A DNA stretch of 62,891 nt, counting the filler, from Basidiobolus meristosporus CBS 931.73 (Eukaryota; Fungi; Basidiobolomycota), in NCBI GenBank assembly GCA_002104905.1. It is 3 parts of 3 records of this genome, joined end to end, with 100 filler letters (N's around TTAATTAATTAA, not from the genome) between each part and the next. Parts side by side here need not be neighbours in the genome. Positions count along the whole stretch, not along the records: positions 1 to 17,362 come from MCFE01001092.1; 2 more parts are not named here. One strand, 5' to 3'. A program made the position numbers and the translations under genes. This document shows positions 1 through 12,441 of this stretch, in pieces (position 1 is the stretch's first letter; each line of letters opens with the position of its first letter). Below the pieces are notes generated by a model. That model searched no databases. It saw nothing but the letters and a program-made list of their open reading frames with translations, and was not told where the DNA came from.

Positions 1-780
1 CAATGGATACAGGTAGCTATCCAGGTTGGACAGTGATTGAGGCCCAGATACTGGTGAGACTACCATCAGATTCTTGCTCTGATGCTGTAAGATAGGCAGC
101 AGATTCAGGTTGACAAGAATCAGTGGCCAGCAGCATTTGCTGGTAGAGTACTTGTTTAATGAGAATCCATCAAGTGCTAAGGCAAAGACATAGTCATACA
201 TACCTTCAAAGTAGCCCTTGCTTCTTAGCTGTTTGTAATATTTACCATCAAACATATTGGATATGTTGGCACTTTAGTGATACTGAGTGTGGTACTCTAT
301 AGCTTTGCAATACTTGCTGGACTACATGAGCTTCTTTAGACAAGATATTACTGGAATATATCTGGAGTTTGAGCAATATTTTCCCTCAGGAGATCACTAT
401 AATATCAAAAGTTTGGAATCAATGACTATCTACACAACCCTTTGACAGGATTACAATGGTGTTTGACTAATTTTACAGCCACATAGAGTCAAAAATATAA
501 TGGTGTTTGTAAGGTATTTTGCCCAGGGTGGCATGGCACCATTGCGCTCTTAGTGCACTCTATAACTACCTGAGTGTATCCAACACATAGGTACATTTGA
601 TTGCCTTATATGGGAAAAACCTGACTGTTTTGATGGCCTCATTGCAAGCCTCTCATGGCATTATTACAGCAGTATAATAGGCCACAGCTAGTTCTGTATA
701 ATCCTACTGTACCAATTTACCAAATGGTATTTCCTTTTTCTACCTCCACTTGAGCCATTTGTTTATACCACCCCACACAC
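1..780 (-). mobile_element. Decayed CACTA/EnSpm-type fragment: transposase interior (~1-395) plus subterminal region (~400-780)
   Basis: The reverse complement of 1-395 aligns by eye with transposase DNA at ~37620-38010 (e.g. ttagcacttgatggattctcattaaaca). The reverse complement of 400-780 aligns with ~39610-39970 (gaaataccatttggtaaattggta). No intact ORF. Confidence 0.8.
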
Positions 781-3307
781 CAAGTTGAAGACATCCAGAC
801 AGAAAGGAATGGCTCAAGAGTACATATAGGAATATAGCTGTCTACTTCAACAAATTGAAAGAATGGACCCCCTGGATCAAGTTTAATACTTTATTGATGG
901 GTTGAAAGAAAGAACTTGCAAGGAAGTGATTTATTGAAGGCCTCAAACTATCAAAGAAGCCATCAAGATTGTCATTGACTATGACTCAGCTATGTTTAGA
1001 GTTTGCAAGCCCATAATGATTAAACAGAGAAGCAATAATCAATGTGAACAAAGACAATCAGAAGTAGTGCCAATGGAAATAGTTGCTCTGCAAAAGTATC
1101 CTATCTCAGAAAAATGTAAGAAGAAAGGACCTTGCTTTATTTGCCACTTGCAGGGACATATTGCAAAGTACTGCCCTCAGAGAAGAAATGGACACCAGTC
1201 ATCAAGAACCTTCAACTGTATTGAAGCCCTTGAGCATAATAACATAGAGAGCTTACTTGAAGAAGACTCAGAGTTCACCTTCCATATGACAGAAGCATAC
1301 CTATCCCAGATGACATCAAACTTAGGAAAGCTATCATACTTAAATGAAGTATTAAATGGAGTACCTGCCAAGATCATGATTGACTCATGAGCATCACATA
1401 AGTACATATGAGAGCAACTTAATCAAAGCAACCTGATCAACTTTGGTCTCAACAGCTGATGGGAACTCTCACATAATAAACCATCTTACTCAGCCAGTAT
1501 GAATGTAGCTTAATGACTACAAAGAAGACCTACAGGCCTATATATATGGAAACTGCAAGCTTGACCTTGTACTTGCAAAACCTGGCTATTTTGTGTAATC
1601 AATCAATCAGCAGGAGAACCTATGCTACGCAGATTCAAATAAATAATACTAATGATCTATTACCTGCCAGACTGGATCTTGACTTGATCAATTTCAGTGT
1701 TAGTGAAACAAGGGAACTTAGCAAGACACAGTACCTGGTACCTTGGATTGATGCGCATTTGGACCAACACAATGGAGTAACTATATTCAGTAAGATTGAC
1801 CTCATGTCAGGATACAACCATATCAGGGTGAAACCAGAAGACATTCATAATGCAGCATTCAAGACCAGATATGGACACTCTAAGTACTTAGTCATGGGTA
1901 TTGGCCTCACCAATGCCCCTGCAATGTGCATGACCTTGATGCAAACAGTCCTCCAGGAGTACTTTGACAAATTTGCTCTAATCTGCCTAGACAACATATT
2001 GATATACCACAAGACAGAAGAGGACCACTTGGTGCACATTGAAAAGTTTTGAAGAAGCTAAATGAGAATACACTGTATGGCAAGCTAGCAAAGTGTGAAT
2101 TCCTGAAGGAACATGATGAATAGCTGGGACACACAGTGACTGGCAAAGGGGTGACCTTAGACCCCAAGGAGGTTGAAGTCATCAAGAATCTGAAGCAGCC
2201 CCTGAGCATATTGTAACTCAGATCATTCCTTTGGATGGTTTCCTATTATTGGAAATTTGCAAGTTCTTTGCAAGTATTGCAGCCCTTTCAGCTGATATTC
2301 TCAAGAAAGACAACAGCATAATGTGGGACATTGCCTGTGCAACTGCCTTTCAGATACTCAAGAGTGAACTTGCTAAGCTGCCATGCCTACAAATCCCATA
2401 CTTCAGAAAAGAGTTTACTCTGTGCACAGATGCTTCAGATTATGCATTAGGTGGAGCACTAAGCCAAGAACATGAGGGACAGGACTACCCAGTTGCTTTG
2501 GAGTTCAAGAAATTGAATTCCACAGAACAAAACTATCCAGTGCATGGGAAGGAGATGCTTGCCATAATACTCTGCTTGAAGACCTGGATATGCTATACTG
2601 AAGGAGTCAACTGTACTGTGAAGACTAATCATGTCTCACTCAAGTTTGTATCTACTCAGATGGTATCATCCAGAAGATTGACAACATGGAGCAAATACAT
2701 TCAACTATTTGAATTGGAGATTGTCTACCGCTCTGGGAAAAACAACACGGTTGCTGGTGCCTTATCAAGATTAGAACAAGTTGCACAACTCAACTTGGCG
2801 CATGTAGCAGATTGGCTTAGCCTATTACCAAAGCATGTGGAGAACCAAGATATTCATAATGAGGGGGATGAAGAAAACAAGAAGATAATCCAGGATGAAG
2901 CCAGCAAATATGTAGTGATACTCTACCAAACTGTTGTTGGAAGCCCTACTGCCTATTCCACTTAAGTTGTATGCCTACATTTAATACATAAGCTACACAA
3001 TGGATATGGACATCTTGGAATTAAGGGAACCTATAGTCTTGTGAAGGCCAGAGCATGGTGGCCCAGAATGAAACAAAATATTGAGAAGCTTGTGAAAACA
3101 ACCCAAATTGCCAAGTCAACTAAGGCCAACTCCAGAGAATTGCTAAATTCTATCCCCTAGAGCCTATGAGACCATTTCATAGATGGTGAATATGAGTTAC
3201 TGCCAGATACCAGGAAATGCAACCATTGGATTTTAGTAGCAACTGATCATGCCACTATATGGACAGTGGCTAAAGCTGTACCTGTAGCCAGCAAATAAGA
3301 AGTTGCA
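770..3307 (+). mobile_element. Degenerate Ty3/gypsy gag-pol fragment, same family as 41265-46202
   Basis: Broken ORFs 992-1390 (CCHC knuckle [14 protein letters not shown], protease MIDS*), 1513-2052 ([18 protein letters not shown]) and 2231-2965 (RNase [11 protein letters not shown]) are collinear with the intact copy. Many stops, frameshifts and internal deletions. Confidence 0.93.
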
Positions 3308-4139
3308 TATTAGATGCTTCAAAATGAAATATTGCAAACCTGCAGCTACCCTATGGACAATAACCTGTAATTAAGCAAGTCTCAGCCAGTTGTAGAAGAA
3401 AATGGCTCAAATATGGACCAAACCTTTCTCTATCAATCATGGTTGGTAGCCTAATGTACTTGATGGTGTCTACACATCCAGACATTGCAGTGTCAGTTGG
3501 AACAGTCAGTCAATTCATGCAGAATTATGGTTCAGATCAAATTGCAGCAGTTAAGCGGATTTTCAGATATCTACAAGGTACCATAAATATGGTACTGGAA
3601 TACTCTGGAGCAGCTAATAGGCAAAAATATGATGGTTATAGTGATTTGGATTGGGATAGGGATCTGATTGACAGACGCTCTACCACAGGCTATGTATTTC
3701 TTTATGCTGGTGCAGCTATTACTTGGAATTGCAAGAAACAGCCAACTGTGGCACTATCTACAACTGAAGCCAAATATATGGCTGCATGTCAAGCAACTAA
3801 GGAGGCTATATGGCTACAAAAATTATTCAAAGACTTAGGTTTTAACTCAGGTGAACCAACATGTATTTACAAGGATAATCAAAGTTGTATTTCATTAGCT
3901 AGAAATCCCACTAATCATGCCAGAACTAAGCACATTGATATACAGCATCACTTTGTGAGGGAAGCTGTAGAAAATAAATTAGTGGAGTTAGTTTACTGCC
4001 CAACTGACAAAATGGTGGCAGGCATATTGACAAAACCACTAGCTAGGCCACAGTTTGAGATCTTTAGAGAGAAATTGGGATTAAGAAATTATTTAGTTGA
4101 GGGGGAGTGTTGAAATATTGGACTATTTGGTATCATTCC
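3308..4139 (+). mobile_element. Ty1/copia 3' fragment (RT end/RNase H, PPT, first 32 bp of 3' LTR)
   Basis: ORF 3439-4113 (GYSDLDW, ARTKHIDIQHHFVRE, GILTKPL) is near-identical to 15229-15825. PPT gagggggag is followed by TGTTGAAATATTGG at 4108, truncated at 4139. Confidence 0.93.
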
Positions 4140-4286
4140 TATAGCCATTGCTCTATGCCTAATAGTTGCTCCAGAGTAGTCCAGAACCATATTAATAGTA
4201 CCTTATGGATAAATGAAGATCTGCTTTACTACTGAAATATGATCAGATCCATAAGTGTATATTAATTGACTGACTAATCCAACTGC

Positions 4287-4655
4287 TGCTGAAATATTGG
4301 ACTATTTGGTATCATTCAGCAGCTAAAGATTTACTTAACAATTCTAGACTAGTCTTAGTCACTGTAGGACTCATTTACTGCCTTAACTTTGCCACTTTCT
4401 CCAGATATATGATCTTGTGATTATTCCCCTATAGTCAGGATCAAGTTAACACTATTACCAAACATTATGTACCAACCCTGAAACTGTTACAGAATGCTCC
4501 TGATTATTGAGAAACCCTCCCTACTTAGTGTTACAGCAGTATTACTTCTACAAAGGTACAAATACTGAGCTTCTTTATGAATAAACAGCAGTTCAACTAT
4601 TATCACTATATCTTGATAAGTTCCTTATATCCAAATCACTTCTTAAATTGCAACA
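4287..4655 (+). repeat. Copia solo LTR (369 bp) inserted in an older copia
   Basis: TGCTGAAATATTGG...AAATTGCAACA. Flanked by ACTGC (4282-4286) and ACCGC (4656-4660), a 5-bp TSD with one C/T difference. Removing it restores continuous copia RT sequence. Confidence 0.9.
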
Positions 4656-7043
4656 ACCGCCACTGCAATATCTGGTCCTGTAGACAGCATCTAGTACATC
4701 AGGCTACCAACCATTGACTGATAGTGAAAGTTTAGGTCCCTATGTCAGCCATTCTCTCCTAAAATCAGCTGATTTTTGTTCAATATCAGGTTATTATCCA
4801 TAGGAGTAGGTGTAGTCTGGCAATTTTCTATTTTGAAGTATCTAAGAATGTTCCTTATGTACTGAGACTGCTTCTGTTGAAATAATTAGGAGTCCACCTA
4901 ATTATTAATATATTACGAACTAGCACTTAGTGAAATGATATATTTCAGTTTATCAACATGAAAATTAGTTTGTAAGATATTTACTAATTATTAGGAATTA
5001 GAGAAGCACAGAATTTTAGGAAAATCTGAAACTTGTCCAAATGAGCCAAAACTTGGCACATGTACTCCTGAGACTCCCCTAATAATGACCAAATAGCTGC
5101 ATTTACGTAGTTCTGCAATAAGTATAAATACTGTGTTGCAACTCAATAAAACATCAAGTGAATATCATGTAAATCTTCTAATTCTCCAATTCACTTCCAA
5201 TATATCTCTCTAATATTTCAACAGCTTCAACACAGCTTTCTGAGCAGGTATGTCAAATTTGACTTCAATAGCAAGAAAATAGCTCAATTTTCCAAGATTT
5301 TTCATTTTGAGCTTGCTGAAGAGATCTGATTTTGTCTTTTTAAGTGCCTACTGGTACTTGTAGCTATTTTTAGGTCAGTCACATAAAGACCAGGACACTC
5401 AAGCCCTTTGTGAGCTGTTTCATAAATATACTGTGATCTGCAGTGCTACAATGGATCCATTTTCCTCTAGATGTGTGCCAATCTTGTTATACTATATAAC
5501 AATTTCCTAAGTCTGCATACCTTGTGGGGGCCTATTGAATTGGTAAACCTTCTGGTTACTTTGTATATATAGTTTCTTACAGGTCCCAATGTAAAAAGGC
5601 TGATTTGACATCTGTTTGATGTAGATCTAGATTGTGTACAGCTGCTACTACTAGAACTATCTTAATGGATTTAAACTTAGCAACTGGAACAAGTATAAAG
5701 CCTAGTTCTTGTATCTGTGAATAGCCTTTAGCCACCAACATAGTCTTATGCTTATCAATGGTATCAGTTGAAGTTATCTTGAGCTTGTAGACTCCCTCAC
5801 ATCTTATTGGCTTTCTCCCATATGGTAAATCTACCAGTTCCCATGTTTTTGCCTTGATCAGTGTTTGGTACTCCTCCTGCGTGGCTTTTTACCACAAAGT
5901 AGTATCTGGACTCTGGATTGCCTCTACCAGATTCTGAGGTTTAGCACATAAGACAATATAAGCTTCATCATGATGATTGGATGTCTGCCACCAAGATTAA
6001 GAGGCATTTAATATTCTGGTAGATCTTCTCAATGGGATAATCAGCTCTGATCTGGAACTTATAGTAATATCTTCCATATCTTGGGTAATTAGGTACCTAT
6101 TCTCTTCATTAGTGTTGATTGCATCATCATGCTGCTGACCAATGATTTGAGTGGCATATTAATCAGGATTCTCAAGTTCAACATCCCTGTTTCTGATCAG
6201 CTTCTGAATTGTGCCAGCATTCATTCTATACCCTTTTATATCTTCACAATAGCCAAGAGAGTTCTCTTTTCTACTCTTTAGTTCCAGCTTTGAGTGTTTA
6301 TTGTCAAGGTTATGATAAATGACACCACCCCAAAAATTTGCAGAGCTAGTGGTCTAGTTTTCTGCCTCTATAAGCTTCAAAGAGTGTAGAATCAGTTAGT
6401 ACTGTTGTGGGGCATCTATTTCTGATGTTTACTGAATGTAGCAACTAATTCCGCCCAAAACGTGCAGTCCAATCCATAATTATGTAGTAAAGATCTTTTC
6501 ATCCTGACTATTGTTCCATCTGCATGCTCTGCTACTCCATTTTGCTATGGAGTATGTTGAACAGTGGTCTGCTGAAGTATACCAGCAGATGAGCAGTATT
6601 TTGCAAACTCCTTTGAGAGGTATTTTCCTCCATTGTCACACTGTAGTATCTTCACTTGGCACCCTGTTTGTGTGTCTGCCACATACTTGAAGTGCTTTAA
6701 CCTCTCCAAAACCACATCCTCCGCTTTCAGAAAGTAAACCGATGTTAATCTTGCCTAGTCATCAATAAACATCATCAAGTGTCTTGTGGCTCCAAAGGTC
6801 AGTGTTCTCATGGGCCCACATATATCTAAGTGTACAGTAGCCAGTATATTTAGTGGTGTTAGCACCTCCTGAGCTCCTGAAGTGTTGCCTAGCTTGTTGG
6901 CCATATGAACATCCCTTACAGAGACTCAATATGATCAGAATAAAGTAATTCAGGCTTAAAACAAACTGATATTTCCCCAGCTGGCTCATTTTTTGTTCCC
7001 AAAAATGTCCTAGCCTTTTAGACCATGCCTTCCCAGTGGCTTC

Positions 7044-7412
7044 TGTTGCAATTTAAGAAGTAATCTGGATATAAGGAACTTATCAAGAATTAGTGATAAT
7101 AGTTGAACTGTTGTTTATTAATAAAGAAGCTCAGTCTTTATACCTTTGTAGAAGTAATACAGCTGTAGCACTAAGTAAGGAAGGTTTCTCAATATTCAGA
7201 AGCATTCTGTAACAGTTTCAGGGTTAGTACATAATAGTTAGTATTAGTGTTAGTTTGATCCTTACTATGGGGGAATAATCATAAGATCATAGATCTGAAG
7301 TAAGTGGCAAAGCTAGAGCTGTAAATTAGTCCCACAGTGACCAAGACTAGTCCAGAATTGTTAAGTAAGTTTTTAGCTGCAGAATGATACCAAAAAGTCT
7401 AATATTTCAACA
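7044..7412 (-). repeat. Copia solo LTR (369 bp) inserted in an older copia
   Basis: Reverse complement of the family LTR (TGTTGCAATTTAAG...AATATTTCAACA). Flanks GCTTC/GTTTC form a 5-bp TSD with one mismatch. Confidence 0.88.
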
Positions 7413-7469
7413 GTTTCATCAGCTTTAGCAATGTTGCCATACTCAGGAGCAACAATTTTGCATTGTAAC

Positions 7470-10400
7470 TGTTGCAATTTAAGTATTGATTTGGATATTT
7501 GAAACTTACCCAAAAACTGTAATAACAGTTGGGCTAATGTTTATTCATCAAGAGGTTCAGTATTTATACCTTTATAGAATTAGTACTACTGTAATACTCA
7601 GTTAGGAGGACTTCTCAACATTCAGGACCATGTTGTAACAGTTTCAAGGATAGTGCACAATGTTTGGTAAAAAGTGTAAGTTTGATCTTGACTATAGGGG
7701 AATAATCATATGATCTTATATCTGAAGAGAGCAGCAAAGTTAGGCCTGTAAATTAGTCCTACAGTGGCCAAGACTAGTCTATAATTGTTAAGTAAATTTC
7801 GTGCTGCTGAATGATACTAAAGAGTCCAAAATTTCTCCACTCCCCCTGAACTAAAAAATTTCTGAATCCTAATTCCTCTGTGTGATTCTCAAATTGAGGT
7901 CTAGCAAGTGGTTTTGTCAATATATCTGCCACCATTTTGGCAGTTGACCAGTAACCTAACACTACAAAGTTATTTTCTACTGCTTCCCTCACAAAGCGGT
8001 GTTGTATATCTATGCACTTGGTTCTTGCATGATTAGTAGGATTCCTTGCCAATGAAATACAACTTGAATTATCTTGGTAAATATTTTATGATCTGCGGCT
8101 TGAATGTTTTGGTTGGCTCAGTTTTTAGTCAAATCAATTAGTTATATGTTTACCTTATCAGTATATCAGTATTATCTGTCAAATCAGTAGAATTAGTCAG
8201 CAAATGAATTAGCAGGTCCTTATCCAACAGAAATAGATATACTAGGTAGGATCTTATTGGGTGATGTTGAAACAATCAAATGAGTCATCAGCCACAGCTT
8301 ACACTAGGAAATGCAATTAGTCAGCAATTAATCTGGCAAAATGTATATACAGAGCTGCTGGAACTGCAATAAAGATCACTTCAAGTTCTAGTGAACACAA
8401 TACTGGCTAAACTCCCTATTCCTCTACAACTCTGATATCAAGACTTGTAACAATACATGTTGGTTATTCTATATTAAATGCTAAGTCTTTGAATAGCCTT
8501 GTAGCTATATAGCCTCCTTAGTTGCTTGATAAGTAGCTGTATTTTGAGCTTCAGTTGAAGATAGAGCCATAGTTGGTTGTTTCTTGCAATTCCAAGTAAT
8601 AGCTGCACCCGCATAAAGAAATACCTACCCTGTGGTAGAGTGTCTGTCAATCAGATCCCTACCCCAATCTGAATTTCTGTAAACATCAAATTCTTGCCTA
8701 TTAGCTGCTTCAGAGTATTCCAGTATCACATTTGTGGTGCCTTGTAGATATCTAAAAATCTGCTTAACTGCTGCACCTTGATCTAATCCATATTTCTGCA
8801 TGAACTGATGGACTATTCATACTGCCACTGCAATATCTGGACATGTAGACCGCAATAAGTACATCAGGCTACCAACTATTGATTGATAGGGAAATTTTGG
8901 TCCTTATAAGGGCTATTTTCACCTAAAACTCAATGAGATTTGCTCAATTTTGGATTATTGTCCAAAGGGGTAGCTGCAGGTTTGCAATTTTTCATTTTGA
9001 AGCATCTGAGAATGTCCCTGCTGGACTGACTTGAACTCCAAGGGAATAGTTCAATTTTTTATCTCAAACTTGCTGACAGCATCTGATTTTGTCTGTTTAA
9101 GTGCCTTCTGATCAGTTGTAGAGATTATTGGGTCATCCCTACAAAAAACTAGGATGATCATATACTTTTTGAGCTGTTTTACATATGTGCTGTGGTTTGT
9201 GGCTCTACAAATGAACCCAATCACTTCTGGATAAGTGTCAATCTTTCTATAATGTGCTGTAGCTGCCTGCTTAAGCCCATACAATAATTTCATAAGCCTG
9301 CACGCCTTATGGGTTCTTTTGGATCTGTAAGACCTTTGGGTTTCTCTATATTTATAGTTTTGTTCAAATCCCTATTGAGAAAGGCTGTTTTGATGTCCAT
9401 TTGGTGTAGATCTAAAGTATGTATGGCTGCCAGGGCTAGAACTGTTCTAATGGAGTTATATTCAGCAACCAGAGCAACTAATTCCTTAAACTCTAGTCCC
9501 TGGATCAGAGAACAGCCTTTAGCCACCAATCTAGCCCTGTACTTATCAACAGCACCATTTGAGGATATCTTGATCTTGTAAACCCATCACAACCTATGAG
9601 CTTTCTTGCATTTGGTAATTCTACCAGTCTTTACAGCTGGCCAATAATTTCAGTGGCTTTCAGATCTATTTACTCCTCATATATAATGTACATGCTCTTC
9701 ATCAGCTTCTGAATTTTGCTGTCAATCAATCTATACCCTTCAGTATCTTCACAATAGGCAAGAGAGATCCCTTTCTACTCTTTGTTTCCAGCTTTGAGCA
9801 TTCTTTGTCAGTAATATGATAAAAGATATCACTGCCAAAGATCCTGAGGTGCTGGAGGTCTGGTTCTTTGCCTGTATATGCTTCAGAGGGCGCAGAATCA
9901 CATAGTGTCATTGTTGAGCATTGCGTCTTGATATATATGGTGGTAGCAATAGATTTGACCCAAAGCCTGTAGTCCATTCCCTTATCATGTAGCATAAATC
10001 TTCCTATATCCACTGTTGTTCTATCTACATATTCTGCTACTCCATTTTTATGTGGAGTATGTGGAACAGTGGTCTGTTGAAGTATACCAGTAGATCAGCA
10101 GTTTTTTCATAACCCCTTTAAGCACTACTCCCCTTCCATTGTCACCTGAAGTACCTTCAAAATACACCCAGTTTGTGCTTCTGCCATGTTGTTGAAGTAA
10201 TTAAACATCTTGAAAGCCTCATCCTTTGATTTAAGGAAGTACACTCATATATAACTTGTCTTGTTACCAATAAACATCATAAAGTATCTCTTGGCTCCAA
10301 AGGACAGTGTTCTCATGGGCAAAAATATGTCTGAATATACAATTGGCAATATTTTAGTGGTGTTGATGCTCCCTGAGCTTCTGAAATGTTGCCTAGCTTT

Positions 10401-11947
10401 TTCCATATGAATATCCCTTACAGATACTTGATTTGATTTGAGTTGAGTAATTTAGTTCCTAAACACAGCTGTGTTTCTCAATGTGTCCTAGCCTCCTATG
10501 CCATGTCTCCCAGCTAGTTACATCAATTTCAGCAATGTTGACATACTCAGGTACAATGCCCTTGAGTTGAAACTTTTATCAAAAGTGATCTCAGGTTCCC
10601 AAAGCTAGTTTTTGTCCATTTTCACTCAATATTGAGCAGCTCAACTTAGTAAGAACAAATCTCAGTCCCTGAGCAGTTGCCCTACTGGCTGAGAGTAGCT
10701 TCTTATCTATTCCAGGTACATAGAATACATTGGTCAGTTTTGTTGTTGTATCCCTTGAGATATCACTCATATTTAGTTGTATAGACCCACTGATGGTAGC
10801 TTCCAATGCAGAGTTATCTCCCAGATAAACCTTTCTCACAGGAATAGTCTTTAGGCTGCCAAACCACTCCTTTATATCACATATATACTGTAATGCTCCA
10901 GAGTCAATATAGCATACATTACTTTGGTTACTCGCACTCTCTTGTAGAGTTATAAAAAACTGTTCATCAGTGGCTATATGGTTTGCCTGCTCTAGTTACT
11001 GTTTTGTGTTTCCTTTCTTCTTCTTGCATTCTTTTGCCCAGTGTCCTGGCTTGTTACAGTAGTTAGAGCAACTAGATTTTCTTTGGCTTTGCTGCTTTCA
11101 CTTCTTTTTTGTGTGCCTTTCAGAGCAGAATATGACATTGTCTTCAATTTCCTCTGCTTTTAACAGAAAGTATGAGTGGTTTGTACTTGTCTGGTAAGAG
11201 GCAAAGCAGACAGACTGTCTTTTCTTCATCATTCACACCAGCATTGATACTGTAAACTTCATCTGCAAGTGTCTCCATTCTGGTAATGAGTTGTAGCATG
11301 TCATCATCTGGCTTCTTCCTCATATTGAACAACTTTTGTTTTAAATAAAGCTGGCCTGATACTAACTTTGCTCTAACAATCTCCTCTGAGGGTTTCCATG
11401 CTGCTTTAGCATTATTTGAAGCATGGATTTGTCCAATGAAGGAGTCCTGTGTATTGATACATATGGCATTAAAGGCCTTTCTCTCCTTCTCCTGAAGCTT
11501 TTACACTTCTTCTGCTGTTCCCTTTGGCTCAACCTTGCTTCCAGTTACTCTATTCCAAAGCTTTCTATTATCAAGGTGGATCTGCATCTTGATTCTCCTA
11601 ACTCTGTAGTTGTTCCTATCAGACCTCTCCTTTTCAGGGAAGATGTTGATATTGTTCTTTTTGCTTGTAGATGTTATCTTGAGAATAGATTGAGGCAATT
11701 GGGGCTCATAACTAGTTGAAATTAAAGAATTCATTTGGATATAACAGGTTTATCAAGAAATGGTGATATCAGTTGAACTGTTATTTATTCATAAGGAAGC
11801 TGAATATTCAAATCTTTGTAGAAGTAAAAAAACTTTAACACTAAGTAAGGCAAGTGTCTCAGCACTAACAAGCACTCTGTAACAGTTTCAGGGTTATTAC
11901 ATAGTATTTGGCAAAATTGCTAATTTGATCTTGACTTTGGGGGAATA
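7470..11947 (-). mobile_element. Degenerate Ty1/copia element: 3' LTR ~7470-7839, internal region with deletions, 5' LTR from ~11716 interrupted by younger insertions
   Basis: PPT (ctccccct at ~7840), RNase H ORF 7774-8052, RT ORFs 9051-9529, integrase ORF 9726-10013, protease-region ORF 10591-10839, gag ORFs 11144-11734. Degenerate PBS ggggctcataac at ~11701-11712. Confidence 0.88.
8084..8452 (+). repeat. Gypsy solo LTR inserted in copia RNase H region
   Basis: ttatgatctgcggcttgaatg...caagacttgtaaca is the reverse complement of the 41265-41632 LTR, diverged. Copia sequence resumes on both sides with an approximately 4-bp duplication (atat/atac). Confidence 0.88.
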
Positions 11948-12316
11948 TGTTGAAATATTGGACTATTTGGTATCATTCAGCAGCTACAAATTTACTTAAC
12001 AATTCTAGGCTAGTCTTAGTCACTGTAGGACGCATTTACTGCCTTAACTTTGCCACTTTCTCCAGATATATAAGGTTATGAATATTCCCCTATAGTCAGG
12101 ATCAAATTAGCACTATTACCAAACATTATGTACTAACCCTGAAACTGTTACAGAATGCTCTTGAATATTGAGAAACCCTCCCTACTTAGTGTTGCAGCTG
12201 TATTACTTCTACAAAGGTATAAATACTGAGCTTCTTTATGAATAAACAACAGTTCAACTATTATCACTATTTCTTGATAAGTTTCTTATATCCAAATCAC
12301 TTCTTAAATTGCTACA
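11948..12316 (+). repeat. Copia 5' LTR
   Basis: TGTTG...GCTACA. Contains TATAAAT and AATAAA and is followed directly by the PBS. Confidence 0.95.
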
Positions 12317-12441
12317 GGTTATGAGCCCCAATTGCCTTAATCTATTCTAAAGATTACTTCTACCAGCAAACAAAGCAATACCAACATCTTCCCTGTAAAG
12401 GTGAGCCACTCAAACTTTCTTTTGAAAGCAGAGAAGACAAC

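Larger units (their letters stand above)
4140..7465 (-). mobile_element. Degenerate Ty1/copia internal region (GAG-pre-integrase, integrase, RT), interrupted by two solo LTRs
   Basis: The reverse complement matches the 11948-16188 element piecewise. ORF 6762-6989 (CKGCSYGQQARQHF) is integrase-region. Many stops and deletions. Confidence 0.88.
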
